The position numbers and the translations under genes are program-made. Positions 31,501 through 46,500 of a stretch of DNA of 64,000 nucleotides are shown here, piece by piece. The notes under the pieces were generated by a model that worked only from the letters and a program-made list of their open reading frames with translations, was not told the DNA's origin and searched no databases. The stretch is from Candidatus Marinamargulisbacteria bacterium (GTDB taxonomy: Bacteria; Margulisbacteria; Marinamargulisbacteria; UBA817): the NCBI GenBank assembly GCA_049889215.1, contig JBMHDV010000020.1, positions 13,279 through 77,278 on the forward strand, in the 5' to 3' direction. Every line of letters begins with the position of its first letter. Position 1 is the stretch's first letter.

Positions 31501-34500
31501 TTTCTTTAAAAACGGTTGTAACTTTGCGTTTAGGGCTTTATTTTCTGGTGTTGATACGGTTACTTTATCGTCCTTACTCGGCAATGCCGGTGCATCACCT
31601 TCAGTTGTTGTTACTTGCCCATCCTGACTCGGCAATTCCGGAGCACCACCCTCAGTTGTTGTTACTTGCCCATCCTGACTCGACGATGGAAGTAGTTTCA
31701 CAGCCAAGTTCATCTTCTCTTCATCAGAAAATTTATCAAAGTTTTGTTCCACGGCGTTCTGCAAATTGGTAGGGTTACCACCAACCAATTCGTTAAATGA
31801 AGCCGAATCCAAACGTGCCAACGTACCCAATACTCGCAAGTCCTTGTCATTTAAATTACCTGCTTCAAGTTTTTCACCCATTTGTTTTTTGATAGTGCCT
31901 TTTAATTGTTTTAAAGGTTCATCCATTTTTGCATGCCCTAAAATATCAGAATCCATTTGGCTTGAATGGGACAAGACCTCACATAACACAGCCTGGGCTT
32001 GCAATGGTGTGGTGGTCTTTTCTTTTTGAAACGTTTGAATGGTATGTAACATATCTTGCAAGTTAGCCAAGTCTTGTGAATGCTCATCAACACCTGATTG
32101 CTGTTCCTGCTTAAACTCCTCAATCCCCACTCGAATCATCATTTTAAGGTCCTGTATCGCAGTATTTAGTGTTTTTTCATCTTCCAATGGAGATGGATTG
32201 TTGTCTGTTTTTTCAAAAAGATGACGAAACTCTTGCCGAGCAGTTGCAACCGCAACACGGTCCGATCCAACGGCAGAGTTTTTATGCACTGTTTGAATAA
32301 TATCCAGAGGAACATCAATCCCTTCCCGCGACACTTGCGTCATATCCGCTAAAAACTCAGGATGGTTGTTAATATGCCCACCAACCATTTTAGAAAATTC
32401 TGTATCTTTACCTTCTGCTTGTCGCAATAACCCTTGCATCAACTGATGCGCAATGGGACGTTCCTTATTAAATTTACCCGAAGGCAATGTCTCATGGATC
32501 ATATCTAACACCATCAGTGGGTTTTTTACATCGTTTTTCTGCATCGTTTGAACAGCTTGTGCAAAATCTTGTAAAAAATCTTTAGATAAAGTTCCTTCAT
32601 CTTGTTTAGATTCTATTAATGATTGCAATTCCTTCATGGCCTGAAACTCATCCAACGGTTTCCCCTGCTCTGATTTCATTGCAGCCACCACAGCTTTACA
32701 GCTATTATAATTTGGTTTTTTTGGTGCGGCTGTTGTTGCTGGTGTTGTTGCTGGTGTTGGTGATGACACTTCAGTTTTAGGTGGCACAGCATCACCTTTT
32801 AGGGTTGGGAACTGGGCATCAAGTTCTTTTAAATGTTCTTTTCTTTTGCGAAGTTCGTTCGTTAAATTCTTTAATTGTCTTTTTGCTAGACGCAAGGATC
32901 GTCCTTTGCTTTTGTTCTTATTGTTTATGTTCTTTCCTCTGGTTTCTGTACCGACTTGGGGTGTCAATTGGCGTATGATTCCTTCTTCGTTCTGTATTTT
33001 AGATTCTAAATGTTCAATCATTCTTGTTATCTGACCACGTTTAAATTGCGCATCTGATAACTGCTCACTTCCAGACGACGGAGTCACTTGTTGTAAAGAC
33101 TCAGACTCAAACTTTGCTTCTGTTCGTCTAAGTTCATTTTCTTTTTGAGCAATTACATCTGTTTCCCCTCTTAGCACTGTCTGTGCTTTCGCTAAGCCTT
33201 TTCTTGCTACATCAACCTTATAATTTAAAGACCGTAACGCAGTCTTATTCTCACCAATCTGTTGGTTAAAGCCGTCTATTTGTTGCTCAAGACCTTGTAT
33301 TTTCTTTTCTAAGCCTTCAATGCCTGGGTGTGGTTCTTTAGGTGCGGATGCCAAGTTATTAATCTCGGCTTCTGTTTGTTTAATTTCTTTGTCCAAATCC
33401 CTGGCACTATTTAATAAGGTTTCAAACGCTTGTCTTTGTTCTACCTTATCATCTCCACTCAAATCGATAACTTGACCATTTACCGTACCATCATTATATG
33501 TTTCATCATAAGTTATATCCTCAAGTTTGGATGGCACTGGATAAACACCAACTTGTTTTCCAATGTCTGCAAGTGTAGATTTTAAAAGTGAAACTTTGGC
33601 CCCCAATTCGTTTTTCTTTTCTGTAAACTGTGCCGTCTTCAATCCTTCAATCTCAGCTTTTAAGGTAGAAATTAACTTACCAGCAATTGTTTTCTTCCCT
33701 TCAAGCTTAGCGGTTTCTGCTTTATTGTCATCCACCTTCGCCTGTGCTGCACCCAGGTCTGATTTCGCATCATTCACAGCCTGTTGTTTTGATGCAGCTG
33801 CTGTTTTTGAGGCCTTAATATCACGTTTCAATTGCTCCAATACATTTGTTTGGCGCTCATTCAATCCTGTTTTCTGTGACTCTTTTTGCGGATCCGTTTG
33901 TGTAACTTCTTTCGGGGGAGTCATATTTGTTGATTGTTCCACTTTGGTATCTGGTTTTTGTTGACCAGCCTTGCTGTCGGGATTAATATTACCAACTGGT
34001 TTTCCACCACCAACACCGTCCACTCGATTATCGCCTTTGGACGTGTCCACTTTCGCATTGGTATCAATTTGATCTTGCTTGACAGGCAATGCTTGAGCGG
34101 AACTTAACCCCTTCACCACGGTCTCAATCAAGTTATAGATATGTTGTTTATCCACTGGTTTCACATTGTTATCAGGATCGGTTTGTGTTACTTGGCCAGT
34201 GGTTTCTTTGGCTGTATTTTTTAAAAATTGGTCCCCAGCACTTTTGGTCACCTTTAAACTAGCACTCAACTGCGATGCCTTAATTTCAGGGATGTCTTTA
34301 TCTTTAGCAATATCAATACCGGCAGCACTTAAAAAGTCCCGAACAACACCCGCAGCCTCACTGCCCTTGGCAGCATTTGCAGACTCTATAATCCGCTTTA
34401 CAATAGCATCCGATTCATCAAAATTAATAGATTCTGGTTTACCTGTAAGCGCCTCGTCCACTGGAACATGACTTCCGGTATCCTCCAAACCAGCAAGACG

Positions 34501-37500
34501 TGCAACGGTTGATAGCAACCCTGCTGCAACTTTACTCTCCAACGCCTCACGGGTATTTCCACCACCAGCACCACCACCACCACCAGCACCGCCACTGGAT
34601 GCCTGTTGAATATTTAACTGCTGCGTTGCATGCGAACCAGTCGCAACAGCTGGGCCTGTGCCAGCACCGCCACCCGCTTTTTCTAAAGGCGAATCACCTT
34701 TTCCATTTGGTATCGGTTGACTAGCAGGGCTGACTGCCCCTGAATTACTGCTTGAAGTTGTTGTGGTACCAACCGTACTGTTGGCTGTCGTTCCGCCTTG
34801 GTTACCCGCAGTAGTTACAGTGCCAGTTACACTGTCACCACCAGTATCGCCACCACCACCACCAGCTTCAGACCCTTGGATAGCCCCCGTTGAGGTTAAC
34901 CCTGTCGCACCTGAACTTACGGCACCACCTGTCATTGCCACCCCATTAGGAGTAGAGTTACCACCAACCTTTTGTTGACTTGCAGACATTTCACCTTCAA
35001 CGCCCCCTTTACCAACTCCTAGTGTAGCTGCTGGGGTTCCTTTGCCAGCGGCTGCCGCAACTTTTTCAGCACCACTTTTTGCGTTATGTTCACCAGGTGT
35101 AACTGCCCCACCGCCAGATCCATTCTGACCTTTAGCACCTGATGGTATGGCGATGCCGTTCTGTGCCGCTTTCTCCTCTGCTTTCGCCTTAGCCATCGAT
35201 TCTTTATCTTTTTTAACAGTATCAGCAAGCGCCTTATTTGATTTTTTCAATTCATTTAAACGCTCTCCGGTTGCAGCCATCTCTTTTTCTTTTTTTTCTA
35301 ATTGTTGTTCCAAGTCACTGATATCGACGTCTAATTGAAAACTTTCGTCATCCAACTGATCCATTTCTTCACTGCTTAGTTGTGCCCCCCCCCCGCTTTC
35401 CTCAAGTTCTTTAACAGCTTTCTCGTTCTCTTTACGTTCATTAACCGCTTCTTCAAGTGCTTTTGTTCGATTTAAAATATCTTTTTTCTTATTTTTTATC
35501 TTTTTTTCTAGTTTTTCATCTACCGGCCCACCAGCATCAAGTACGGCCATAATACCAGCCGCTTTATCCATTTGCTCTTTTACAAGCTTTCCTGTTTCTT
35601 TAATCACTTCATCCACTGTCATGCCTCTATCAATCATCCCCTTCATTTCAGGAGGCAGTTTTCGTTTAATCTTCATGACTTCACTATCATTCAAGGCTTT
35701 ATTCATTTCTTGAAATACTTGATTTGAAGCGACACGTGAAAATCGTATTGCAGATCCACCACTCTTTTTAATTTGAGGATTCCTATTCAACTCCATAATA
35801 ATATCCTGAATCTGATTTTTTGATTCAGCATCCACTCTACTTAAAAAGCCACCCTTACCCGTAACAGTATCTTCAATTAATTTTGCTGCCTTGGAATCTG
35901 GTTTAACCCCATACATCTTAATGAGTTCCTTAACCACTATTGTTTTTTGTCTTTCTTTAGTCCCGGCTTTTGCATCCATTAATAAATGCTGACCAGCTTG
36001 CAATTCCATTGCAAGCTCAGCTGCATCACCCGCTTTTTTTCTTTCTTTTTTTCTATCAAATTCTGGCCGTTGAGCAATATAATCTTTTAATTGATTTTTA
36101 TCTTCTTCAAGGGCTTTTCGAATATCTTCCTCAGCTGTCTTTGATTCTCTCAGTTCTTTTTGCTTCTCCAGCATTTCTGGTGTTGGCTGACTGCCCGCGT
36201 CCTGCTTTTTATCTATTTCAGCCTGCCTAGCTTTCTTTTCTGCAATCTTCGCTTTTAAGGCGTCCACCTCTGAGCCTTGAAGTTTTAATTGCTCGTCAAT
36301 TTCTCCAGCTTTCGCCTGTCCCTGTTTTAACCGCTGCTTATCATCCCTAAATTTATGCTGTGCAACTTGTCGCTTCTTGACTAACTCCTTTAATGCAGCA
36401 GAATTACCGGCACCTTTACCCGCAACGGCAGACACCGCCGCTTCTGGTCGTGACTCTGTTGCACCACCACCGCCAGCACTACCCAACGCATCTAAATTTC
36501 TTAATAATTCATTCTCACTGGCCTCTGCTGCAGCATCAGATCCAACCTCGGTACTTTCATTCGGTGGCACCGTTAAGTCAACACCCAATTTTCCACCCAG
36601 CTCATGAATTCGTTGCTTCTTCTCTTTATCATCTCCGGCATCCCTTAATGCCGTCTCTAAGCTTTCTTGCAAGGTATTGGTATCACCACCACTCAAAGAT
36701 TGCATCACATCTGTAATGGCCTTTTCTTCTTTCTTATTTAATACGCCAACACCCATTTTCTTTTGAGGATCGCCTGTGGCATACAATTCTGTCATGCTTG
36801 CCATCAAATTTCTTTTTTCATTAGCATCAGATCCAGCAGCCCCATTTTTTATGTCATTGTTTAAATCAGACAACTGCCGGGTTAACCCCGTTTTATTATT
36901 TTTCAATTTATGATTCAAGCGTGAACGCATGTCAGGCAACCCTCTTGCCCGTAAATTGGCCACCTGGCGTGCCGCATCAGGGCTGGTTAATAATTGTCGA
37001 AAATTTTCTTGGGTAGCCACGTTAAAGTCCTGCAAATTCTCTGATTCTTCCGGGCTACCACTATCCAACATGGCCCGAACCACTTTTGCACCACCGGCTT
37101 GGCTAACTTTATCTAAAAATCCCAATAATTTACTTGGGTCACTTTCTTCCATAAAAACGTCCATCACATTTTCCATATTGGCCGCTGCATTATCGGGCAT
37201 ATTGGCAATCACACCAGCCGCTAGACCTTGCATTTCAGGGCTATCATCGGACATTAATTCCTGCAACATCTCAGTAGCAATGCTGGGGTCTAAACCATTG
37301 GAATTTATCTGAGCACGAGCATTAATATCACTTAATACCTTGGCAACCAACTTGGGGTTTTTTGCCAAAAATTCACGCCGTTTTTTTGCAGACTCACCAG
37401 AGTCATCTTCATCAGCATGTTGGGCAAACAAGGCCATGGCCACGGCATTTTCCTTAACACGCTCCGCACGTTCTTGGGCAATCTCTTTGCTTGTCACAGC

Positions 37501-40500
37501 GTTTCTTTGCCCAAAGTACGCCGCTGATTTTGCGACAGATGCAAGCATCGATCGAACATCTTTCGCTTTAATTTGTCCGGGGTTTTTAATTAAACTCTTT
37601 AATCCAACAACCCCTTGTTTAAACGCCTTAAGAGCTGCACCAATGTTTGAAGCCCCTTTCTTCACGTTTTTCCAAGCTAACTTAAGCCGTGCTTTAAATC
37701 GCTGTAAAGGCGGCCCTGTTTCAGCCTTTGTCTCCAATTCTTCATCGTCTGCGTTTTCTAAAGATGCTTCGTCAAACTTTTTATCTGCAATTTCAGATAA
37801 CTCGATCATTCGATTTGCTGAATCTTCCAAACTAGCATCGACATCCAACTCATCAGCATCGGGCATCAATGTGCTGGACATTTTAGTGGCAATACCACTT
37901 AACCGACCCTCAAAATCACCTTCCTTATCGCCATTAGAGTCACCCTCTGCTGTAAATAGCGCTTCAACGGCAGCATCACCTTCCGCAATGCCCTCTTCAC
38001 GCATTGCTTTATCTTTTGCAAGTTTTTTTCTTGCATTTTTAATTTTCGATTCTTTATTAAACGCTTTTTTTATCGCTGTAACGATACTTTGTGCGGACTG
38101 TTGAATCAATTGCGAAATTAAATCATTCATGCCTGCCAACTCTTTGGCATTCGCAGACGTAAATTGTGCACTCATCGCCCGCGCCTCTAAACCAGATAAC
38201 TGCTTTGCCTCTTCGTCCACATCTTCGCCCATTTCCTCACCAATTGCTTGTGCCTCACCTGCCAATTGTTTTTGTGATGCTTTCCTTTCATCTTTCATTA
38301 CAGCTGCAGCGATCCCCGAAATTAATGATGACACCAGGCCTGCAACAAGATCTCCTACACTATCAAGCAATTCTTCAAGCATTTCGTCCTTTGCCTTATT
38401 TTTTTTACCATCTTTTTTGGATGATTTTTTCACATTGGTAGAGCTAACCTTACTACTTTGATCTTTGGCCTTTTCCTTCTTTTTACTTTTCATCTTTTGT
38501 TTTACAGCCTGTGTTACTCCTAAGCTAACAGCCCCCATAATAGCCGCACGCATGGCACCACTAATATCATTGGCACGGTTTGCCACAGCCTCCATTAATT
38601 GGAACCGCGTATCAATGGCCCGATCGGTTGCCTGCTTTGCCATGCCCTGCAACTGACTTAAACCACCACCAATCGATGCTTGTGCGGTTGATGCCCCCAG
38701 CGAAGCCGCCAAGTTTTTTATCATCTCAGCCTTCGATGCCCCCACTTTTTGCATCACTTCCATCATCTTAAACATTTCCTGGGCCCGACGCTTCATTTTA
38801 ATTTTTGCAGATTGATTCACAAACGTTGAACCAAAGCCAGTCGTGGTGTTTCCTGCTGTTTTTAATGTTTCCTGACCAACATTTTTACGATCTCTTCTTA
38901 GTTGTTTCTCTGTTTTTTCTGCCTCAGAATCGTTCGGATCATCCTTATCCCTATCCGTTTCTTTTTTGTTTTTTTTATTTCTATCCGCTTTTTCAAGCAC
39001 TTGGTTCTCTTCCAGGCCATCCACGAAATTGTATATGATATCTGTAATCTGAGTTGCAGCTTCAGAAATAACCATGGCCACACTTGCCAATATCCGTACG
39101 GCCATCCCCATTTTAGACCCAACACTCGATGCCAGTGCCCCCACCTGAGAAAACGCCAACGCCACCACAGCAATAATTCCTTCCAAAATAAGTTTGTCCA
39201 ACTCCTTCATTTTTTCAAAGCGCTTATTATTTGCATCAATTAACAATTGCTCCCAAATGGTCAGCGTATTGTGCATGGTAAAGTAATGTTGCCCGATCTC
39301 ACCTGTAAAACCGGTACTTGCTTGCATCGCATCATTCCCACCGGTACTCGAAAATCCCAATTTATTGGTCAACGATCGATACGATGCAATGACCATTGTA
39401 AAGTACATTTGAGTCATCATTTCGGCTGCAATTCGTCCTTGAATCCAGTCAAAAAAGTCCTCATCAGAAATCAACTTCGCACCAGACATCTTATAAATGG
39501 CGGAATCAAAAAACATCAATTTATTACCGTCACCAGGATAATGCCGTGTGGATAAACGATACAACACATGATCTTCCAAAGATGCAGACGCCACCCCTTT
39601 TGTATTGGAAGCAATATCAGTTGTTCCTGAATAGATCGTATTGGATTTTGGTGAATCGTACCCATAATCACTCCACCACTCGTTCACCACCTCATCCAAG
39701 GTTAATGTATATGCCTTGGTTGTATCTCCAAGATCATCATTTAGTCGCATTTCATTTTGAGTCACCCATTGCGCCATGTTATCAAGCACCTTTTCTTGAT
39801 GTGGAAACGTGCTGACAGAGTTATAAAGCTTTCCTTCAGGGATACTATTATTAAAACCTAAGGCCGCATAAGCATCCTGATCCAAGTTATATAGCTCTTT
39901 AATTGCTGTCAACTCAGATGTCGAACTACTCATTTGAGTATTGGTCCGCAACGAATCAACGGATTTCAAATAAAACGGATTTTGGGGGATGACAACATAC
40001 TGAAAAAACCGTTTCATAACATCAATCACACCGCTCAACGACTGCGAAAGAATGGGCTGTCGACCAAGCCAGTTCACCGATTCTGTCTGTACAAATGCCA
40101 ACACTTCCAACCCATACGACCAAGCAGCCTCCGCTCGTCTAAAATCAGACTCATAATTGGCCTGACCAATCGCCTGCTGAGTTTGCATAGCGGTTTGAAG
40201 TCCTTCCACAGAATTGGCCATTTTAGTAAAATGTGAGTTGTAAATACCTTCCATAGCAGAACTAACCCGCTGGCGTTCAAATTCACCCAACCGTGTCCCA
40301 ATTAAGGAGATAAACTCTGTCTTCAACTTCATCACCAAAAATGTTTTCTTCATTTTTAATTGAACAACAAATAAGCGGCGCTGCAGCATTTGAAATTTTG
40401 GCCAATCATAACCATAGTAGCCAGTATTATTTGCCGATAAATCAATGGGTTCAACAGCCACGTCAAACATCTCACTTACCAAGGCATGTTCTTCCATTTC

Positions 40501-43500
40501 CAACGTTAAAAATGTTCGCATCTGATTGGTAACCACATCCCCAGCCACCATCCCTGCATTACTGCCTGCAGAAAAATTAATCCCACTAATCCCTTTTGAC
40601 TGATACGCTGGCTGAGAATTGGACTTGCCACCATACTCCGAATCCGCATTAGATGTGTTTACTCCCCGAAAGTCAGGCAATGGTGTACCCGTAGAGTTTT
40701 CATTTGCCATGGTTGATTCAATATCATTCATATCCGTTGAAGTATGCTTTGGCGGAGAATCAAAATTTCCAGTTAACATTATAGAAACAGCCACCCCATC
40801 TGGGTTCACAGTACTAAAACTGGTCTCTCCATAATCAATTTTAGTTGTTAAAAAACGCTCCTCCACAACACTTCCATTTTTCTTAACGGTAAGCTTTGGT
40901 TTTCGATAAGAATTTTGATCAATATCGTAAGTATAGCCCTTTCCATCTGTAAGGCCTGTAAAATCTTTGGGCCCTTTTGGCGTTGGCCCTTCGTAAGCAG
41001 ATGCATTGTATCCAAAAATCTCAAAATCCTCAAAGCCATAACCTAAGTTGGCCGAATTACTGTTTGGCGAATCATACGAATACATCGGCTGGAAAGAACC
41101 AAATGCGTTCTCATAATCCGCTAAGGTATAAAATTCACCGTCGTTTAAGCCAAGTGTTAAATCTATTACCTTTATATCAGTCTTACTAAACTCCTTTTTG
41201 CCATTCACATTTCTTAGGTTAAAATCTCCTGTGTCGTCGTACAAAAGAACCGTATGACTTTGTGGCGCAGCGTTAAAGTGATCACCAAAGCCAACCAAAC
41301 CATTAACAACACGTAACTTGTTTTCGGAAATCCCTTTTTTTACCGCCAAAGATGCCGCTAGTACGGCAAAATCCTCACAGTCCCCTTGTTTTATTGTGGC
41401 AAATTTATCTGGGCTTAACCACACATCTGCACCCAACCCCTCCGATACATATTGAAATTGAGACCCTGACGCTTTTGGCGAAACCTTGTTAAAAATGCTC
41501 TTTAATTTTTCTGTATCGGTACCATTCCCTATTCCTGTAAGTAAAGTAACCAAACCCCCAGGCACGTTCCATTTACCATTGGTTGAAGCCAACCAAGTAT
41601 CCCCATTTATAAAAGTAATTGGTGATTTATAGCCTGATGCTTTTCGAAACTCCGTTCTCGCATCATCAATAGCATCGGCAGTATACGGTTTGGCAAAGTC
41701 ACCTGCCGATGTTATGTTTTGTGCGTTGGTACTTTCACTCAAAACATCCACCGCCATCTTACTGGGGTACCGGGTCTCCATTTGAAATTTAGCTCCCTCT
41801 TCAGCAAGTTTTGCTGAATTCGCAAATGTTTGAGCAACTTGCGCTGCGGTAAGCCAAGCATTAGCAGTAGTTTCATTAGCGGTTCCTAAGGCACTTTTAA
41901 CTGCAGAAAGTGGAGGGTTTGTGGTTGCTAATAAACCAGCTGCCGTAAAATAACCTTTAGCTGCAACCGCAAATGGAAGGTGCGCAAAATACAGCCCAGC
42001 AGCAACCAATGGTGAATATAATTGAATGGCTTTGGCCACCATAATTCCTAAATCTCCAGCGCGTATGGTGGCCATCTTTTGACGATAATAGGCGTTATTC
42101 ACCTCGGTAAATTGGGCTGTTTTTGCATTGATTTGAGAAAACAATTCCATTTGCTTCGAAATACGTTTTTCAACCACCTGCATATCACCCTCCATGGGCG
42201 CTGTCCCAGATGTAGCAACCCCATCCAAGCGTTTTGCTATGGACTGATACGAAGCCACATAGGCCTGAGTCACAAAGTAAAATAAGCGAATCCGATTTTG
42301 CATGGTTAACATGGCATTGTGTGCATTCTTTAATGCATACCAATCCACCGCCATGGTCGGTAATCGCTCAACACCATGCAATGGATGTTGAGATACTTCT
42401 CCCACCCAGCGAATCAATTGATAGTGTTTATCATTTAAAAAATCTTTACCTAAATAATCCGTACCTGTATAAATATAGTTTTTCATATCCTGCAACGTTT
42501 GGTCATGCCAGTTATTGTAATAATCAATTTTCACGTGATCATGCAAAGTCGCCTTTAAAGATCCAGGATCAGACTGAAATATACTCGCATTGGCCTTTTT
42601 ATCCTGAAAAAACGTGTTTGTAAAATGGTACCCGGTTAACTGATAATACCCCGGCTTATTTTCCAATTGCTTAAACACCGGTGACACATTTCTATTCCCC
42701 ACAAATTCATTCATAAAAGTGATGGTATCATCATCATTTTTACCAAGAACCTCTTTCACTTTTGTAAATGGAATAACAAAAGATTCATCATTAAAAGACA
42801 CCACAGGGGTCAATTCTTTTTCTAATGAATTTAATTCTGTTATTTGCTGAATTTGATCCAGTGTTTTCGTCGAAAATTGAGCCGTATGCCGACGCCAATT
42901 AAAGGCTAAATTATTGTAATCTTCTCCAGCAACAAAATACTTCATTGGGCCAATGGCCATCCCACCTTGATTCTGAAAATTACCCACTGTCTCTTTCGAT
43001 ACAACACGGGTATCAAACGGTAAGCGCTCCGATTTCCCATAATCATACGAATACCCCAAACCGGATGCCACCGGTGCTGTTTGAGCTTGAGCACTACTGG
43101 AAGACGGAATGCCAGGTAATGTTGGTACAGTATATCGAGAGTCTTCATCCCCATCCTGTCTCTCTAAAAAATCGCGTGTTGACCAATTGGCACCAAAAGA
43201 TGAAAAATTTTTACCTAACGAATTTGAAAACTTAGTTGGTGGATCAACCTTTGGATCTAAGTTGGCACCATCCTTCACCTTATTATCAAATTTATTCTGG
43301 TCATCAACTGTAATCACCCACGGAGTACTATCAAAAAATGAGTCATCATCATCCAGCACGTCCAACATCTCTTGGATTGTATACGTGTAAAAAGCTGGAT
43401 TGCTACTACTTCCAGTATTAATTACGAGTGATAGTGACGTGTTGACTTGACTCCAATCCTTAACAACAATATCGCTTTGCGGAGGCTTACTTTCAGACTG

Positions 43501-46500
43501 TGCCACGGCTGAATTCTTTGCAGTATTGGTTGTTTCTGACTGAGCTGATTCCATATTTGGATCTGCCCCTTCAATAAATTCACGTCGCACAAATTGATAG
43601 TATGTTGGGTCGTTTTCACCCCAGTAAGTACTCTTTGACGTATTGGTTAAACCAGCCAGATTTTCATCATCAGTTTTACTTAAGTCAATCCTCGTATCCA
43701 TGCTAGAACTAATATCCTTATTCGCAAAAGAATCCACATAGCCAGGTTGACCTGTCTGCCTTGAATACAATTGAATACGATTAAAATCGTATTCGATATT
43801 ACTAAAGTTATAATCATCCAAGCCAACCATCGAATAAAATCGAGCTTGCAATGCCTGATCATCATTATCACTTAAACCATTTGGTTTGGATTCCCCTGTA
43901 ATAAATTGGTAAAAGCTTTTCTCAGGTGGTTTTTTTTCTTCATACATTTGCTTAACCAATGTTTGTGTAAACCGGCCATCACCATCAACATGCTTTTCCG
44001 ATTTCAATTTATTCCAAAAAGCAGTTGATGTGATTGCAGGACTATCAATTTTTCCATTTGTATTAAATTCAAAGATGTCAACAAAATCCAACTCATCAAA
44101 CCGACGCTTTTTTTCCATATAGTAAATGCGTTTTGTGTAATCGGTTTCCCACAAACTCGTTAAATTTTTATAGGCCTCACTTTCAAACCGTTCATAAAAA
44201 GGCATGGCCTTCGAATGAATGTACTTGTATAAATCCGTTGTTTTAAAATTGTCTTTTGTGACGTTGAGTGGCGTTCCACTCCAACGAGGTGCCGCATTTT
44301 GAATCGTTGTATCCTTAAGGTTATTAATCACCCAATCATCTAATTGACTTAAAGCATTCATTCCTTCAAGTCCAGCTCCTTCAAAAAAAGATTTAAATTG
44401 GTCTTGTCGAAAAATCTCATTGTTATTTGTAAACTCATTGGCCCAACCAACGGGGTCATAAGCATTTGCATAAACCTTTACCCCATCCTTTTTGTAATAG
44501 TTAAAGTAAAAATCAATTGGATCAAGATAGCGAGTTTGACCATTAAATATTATTGGAATCCGACGATCCCCCAAAATATCCAATTCCATCTGACGCGCAA
44601 GGGCCGCAAAACTGCCCGGCTGACCTGGCGAAGTATTTAAAATATCATTATATTGATCAGAAAAGTTAATATACTTACCCAACGCTTTGGAATCTGGCAT
44701 TGTAATGGATGCCTGCAGCACCTTTTCCCGATTTTTATTCATTACATACCAATATTCAGCCTCAACCTTTTCCATCATAATGTTTTTCTTAAACGTTTCT
44801 GCGCCAGAAAAAAACACATCCAATAAGGCCGATCCCAAATTTTGAAACTTCATATTTACTTCTTGTTTATACGTTGAATAAATGCCTTGGTTTAAATCAT
44901 CATACGTCTGGGTAAATTGACTAATAAAATATTCAACCTCTTCAACCATTTTAAATACAGCACCTTGCACAGATCGTAAAAATCGTTGACGGGCTTGAAC
45001 TTCACTATGGGGTTGCTGCTCATTCATTAACTGAGACCCAATCCAGTTAAATGTATTTGCATAAGACATTATGGCTGACAAATAACAGTTAAGTATTTGT
45101 ATCTCGTCCAGTACACGTGAGTAGTCAGCCATTACCCGCGCATAATCATACACATAATAGCCATTCCACGTCTGCCCCACATATTTGTTAAGCGTTGTTT
45201 TTGTCAAATTCTCAGACATCGCCTTTAAGCGATTCATTGGTGCTTCAATAAAACCCGTAATACCAACTTCTGTATTAAAGTATTTGGCATTAACATCAAC
45301 ATTCACAATATCCCCAACGCCTACAGGCTCAACAACTGGCGGCGGTGCACTAGATGCACCCTGGTTAACAGTATCCAACGCACTTGTGCCTGGCGTTTCC
45401 CAAAACGCCTTAGAGTTACTATCAACTTTACCTGTGTTTTCTTTAACCACTGTATAGTAATGGGTTGCCTCTCGGTAATAACCTGTTGGATCATTATCAT
45501 CATTTGGATCAGGCGCAGATAACTTTGCACTACCCAACCCCATGGCCGTTAAAAATTTTTGTTTGTTGTTTGCCACATCCTTAAAGGCAGGTTTTGCAGC
45601 TGTATCAATGCGTTGCGCTTCAGCCAATGCATCCAGCGAGCTTGATGCACCATACGACATTAAGGCATGAAACCCAGCAACCCGATCATAAGCTACAAAT
45701 GATTGCACCCCTTGGGCCATCGTCGGGTCAATAACAAAACGTTGGCCATCCAATGTATACGTTAAAATCGTATGGCCCACCAAAGCACCCGTGGTGCCAA
45801 CTGCACCAGCCATTAATTCAATAGATTCCGCAATATCAGAAAACCCCGCATCCACCATTGCACGGGTTAACACACTTGCCGCTAAGTGAGCCAAGTCTTC
45901 ACAATCACCACCACCTAACGCCAGTATTTCGTCCAATGACTGCCACCGATGAACGGGTTCTGGAATATACGAAAAGTCAGCCATTATTTCTGCCACCCGT
46001 GCTGCTACATCTTGAACACTCATGCCGTCATAACCTGATGCAAATGCAGTGGCAACCAAATCAGCAACACCAACATGCATGGCATTAATAACCGTCTCAG
46101 CTTGCACGTAACGCGACCCATTTGGGTACATCATCATCTGCTGCCGCCCCATCAACTCCACTCGTTCATAATTGTCCATGGGCAACAAGTCTACCTGTGA
46201 TGCAGTCAAGCCCAGGTGCTTCCAGCCACCGGCCTCAGGCCATAAAATCCCAAATTCGGCTTCATTAAACACAGTGCGTGCATCATAGGCATGAATATCC
46301 GGACATGACTGGCCATGATGCTCAAAAAATGCCCTCATAACAGCCAACTCTAGGTTAACCAAAGCACGTGCCGACACCGGCCGTTGCAATAAAAATGGGG
46401 CCAATCGTTGATGCGCAGCCACCAACAACCGTGATGCATCAGATACAACAGGAACATCACCCAATACCGTTTGAACCATTGAATCAATAATCGGGTGGTT

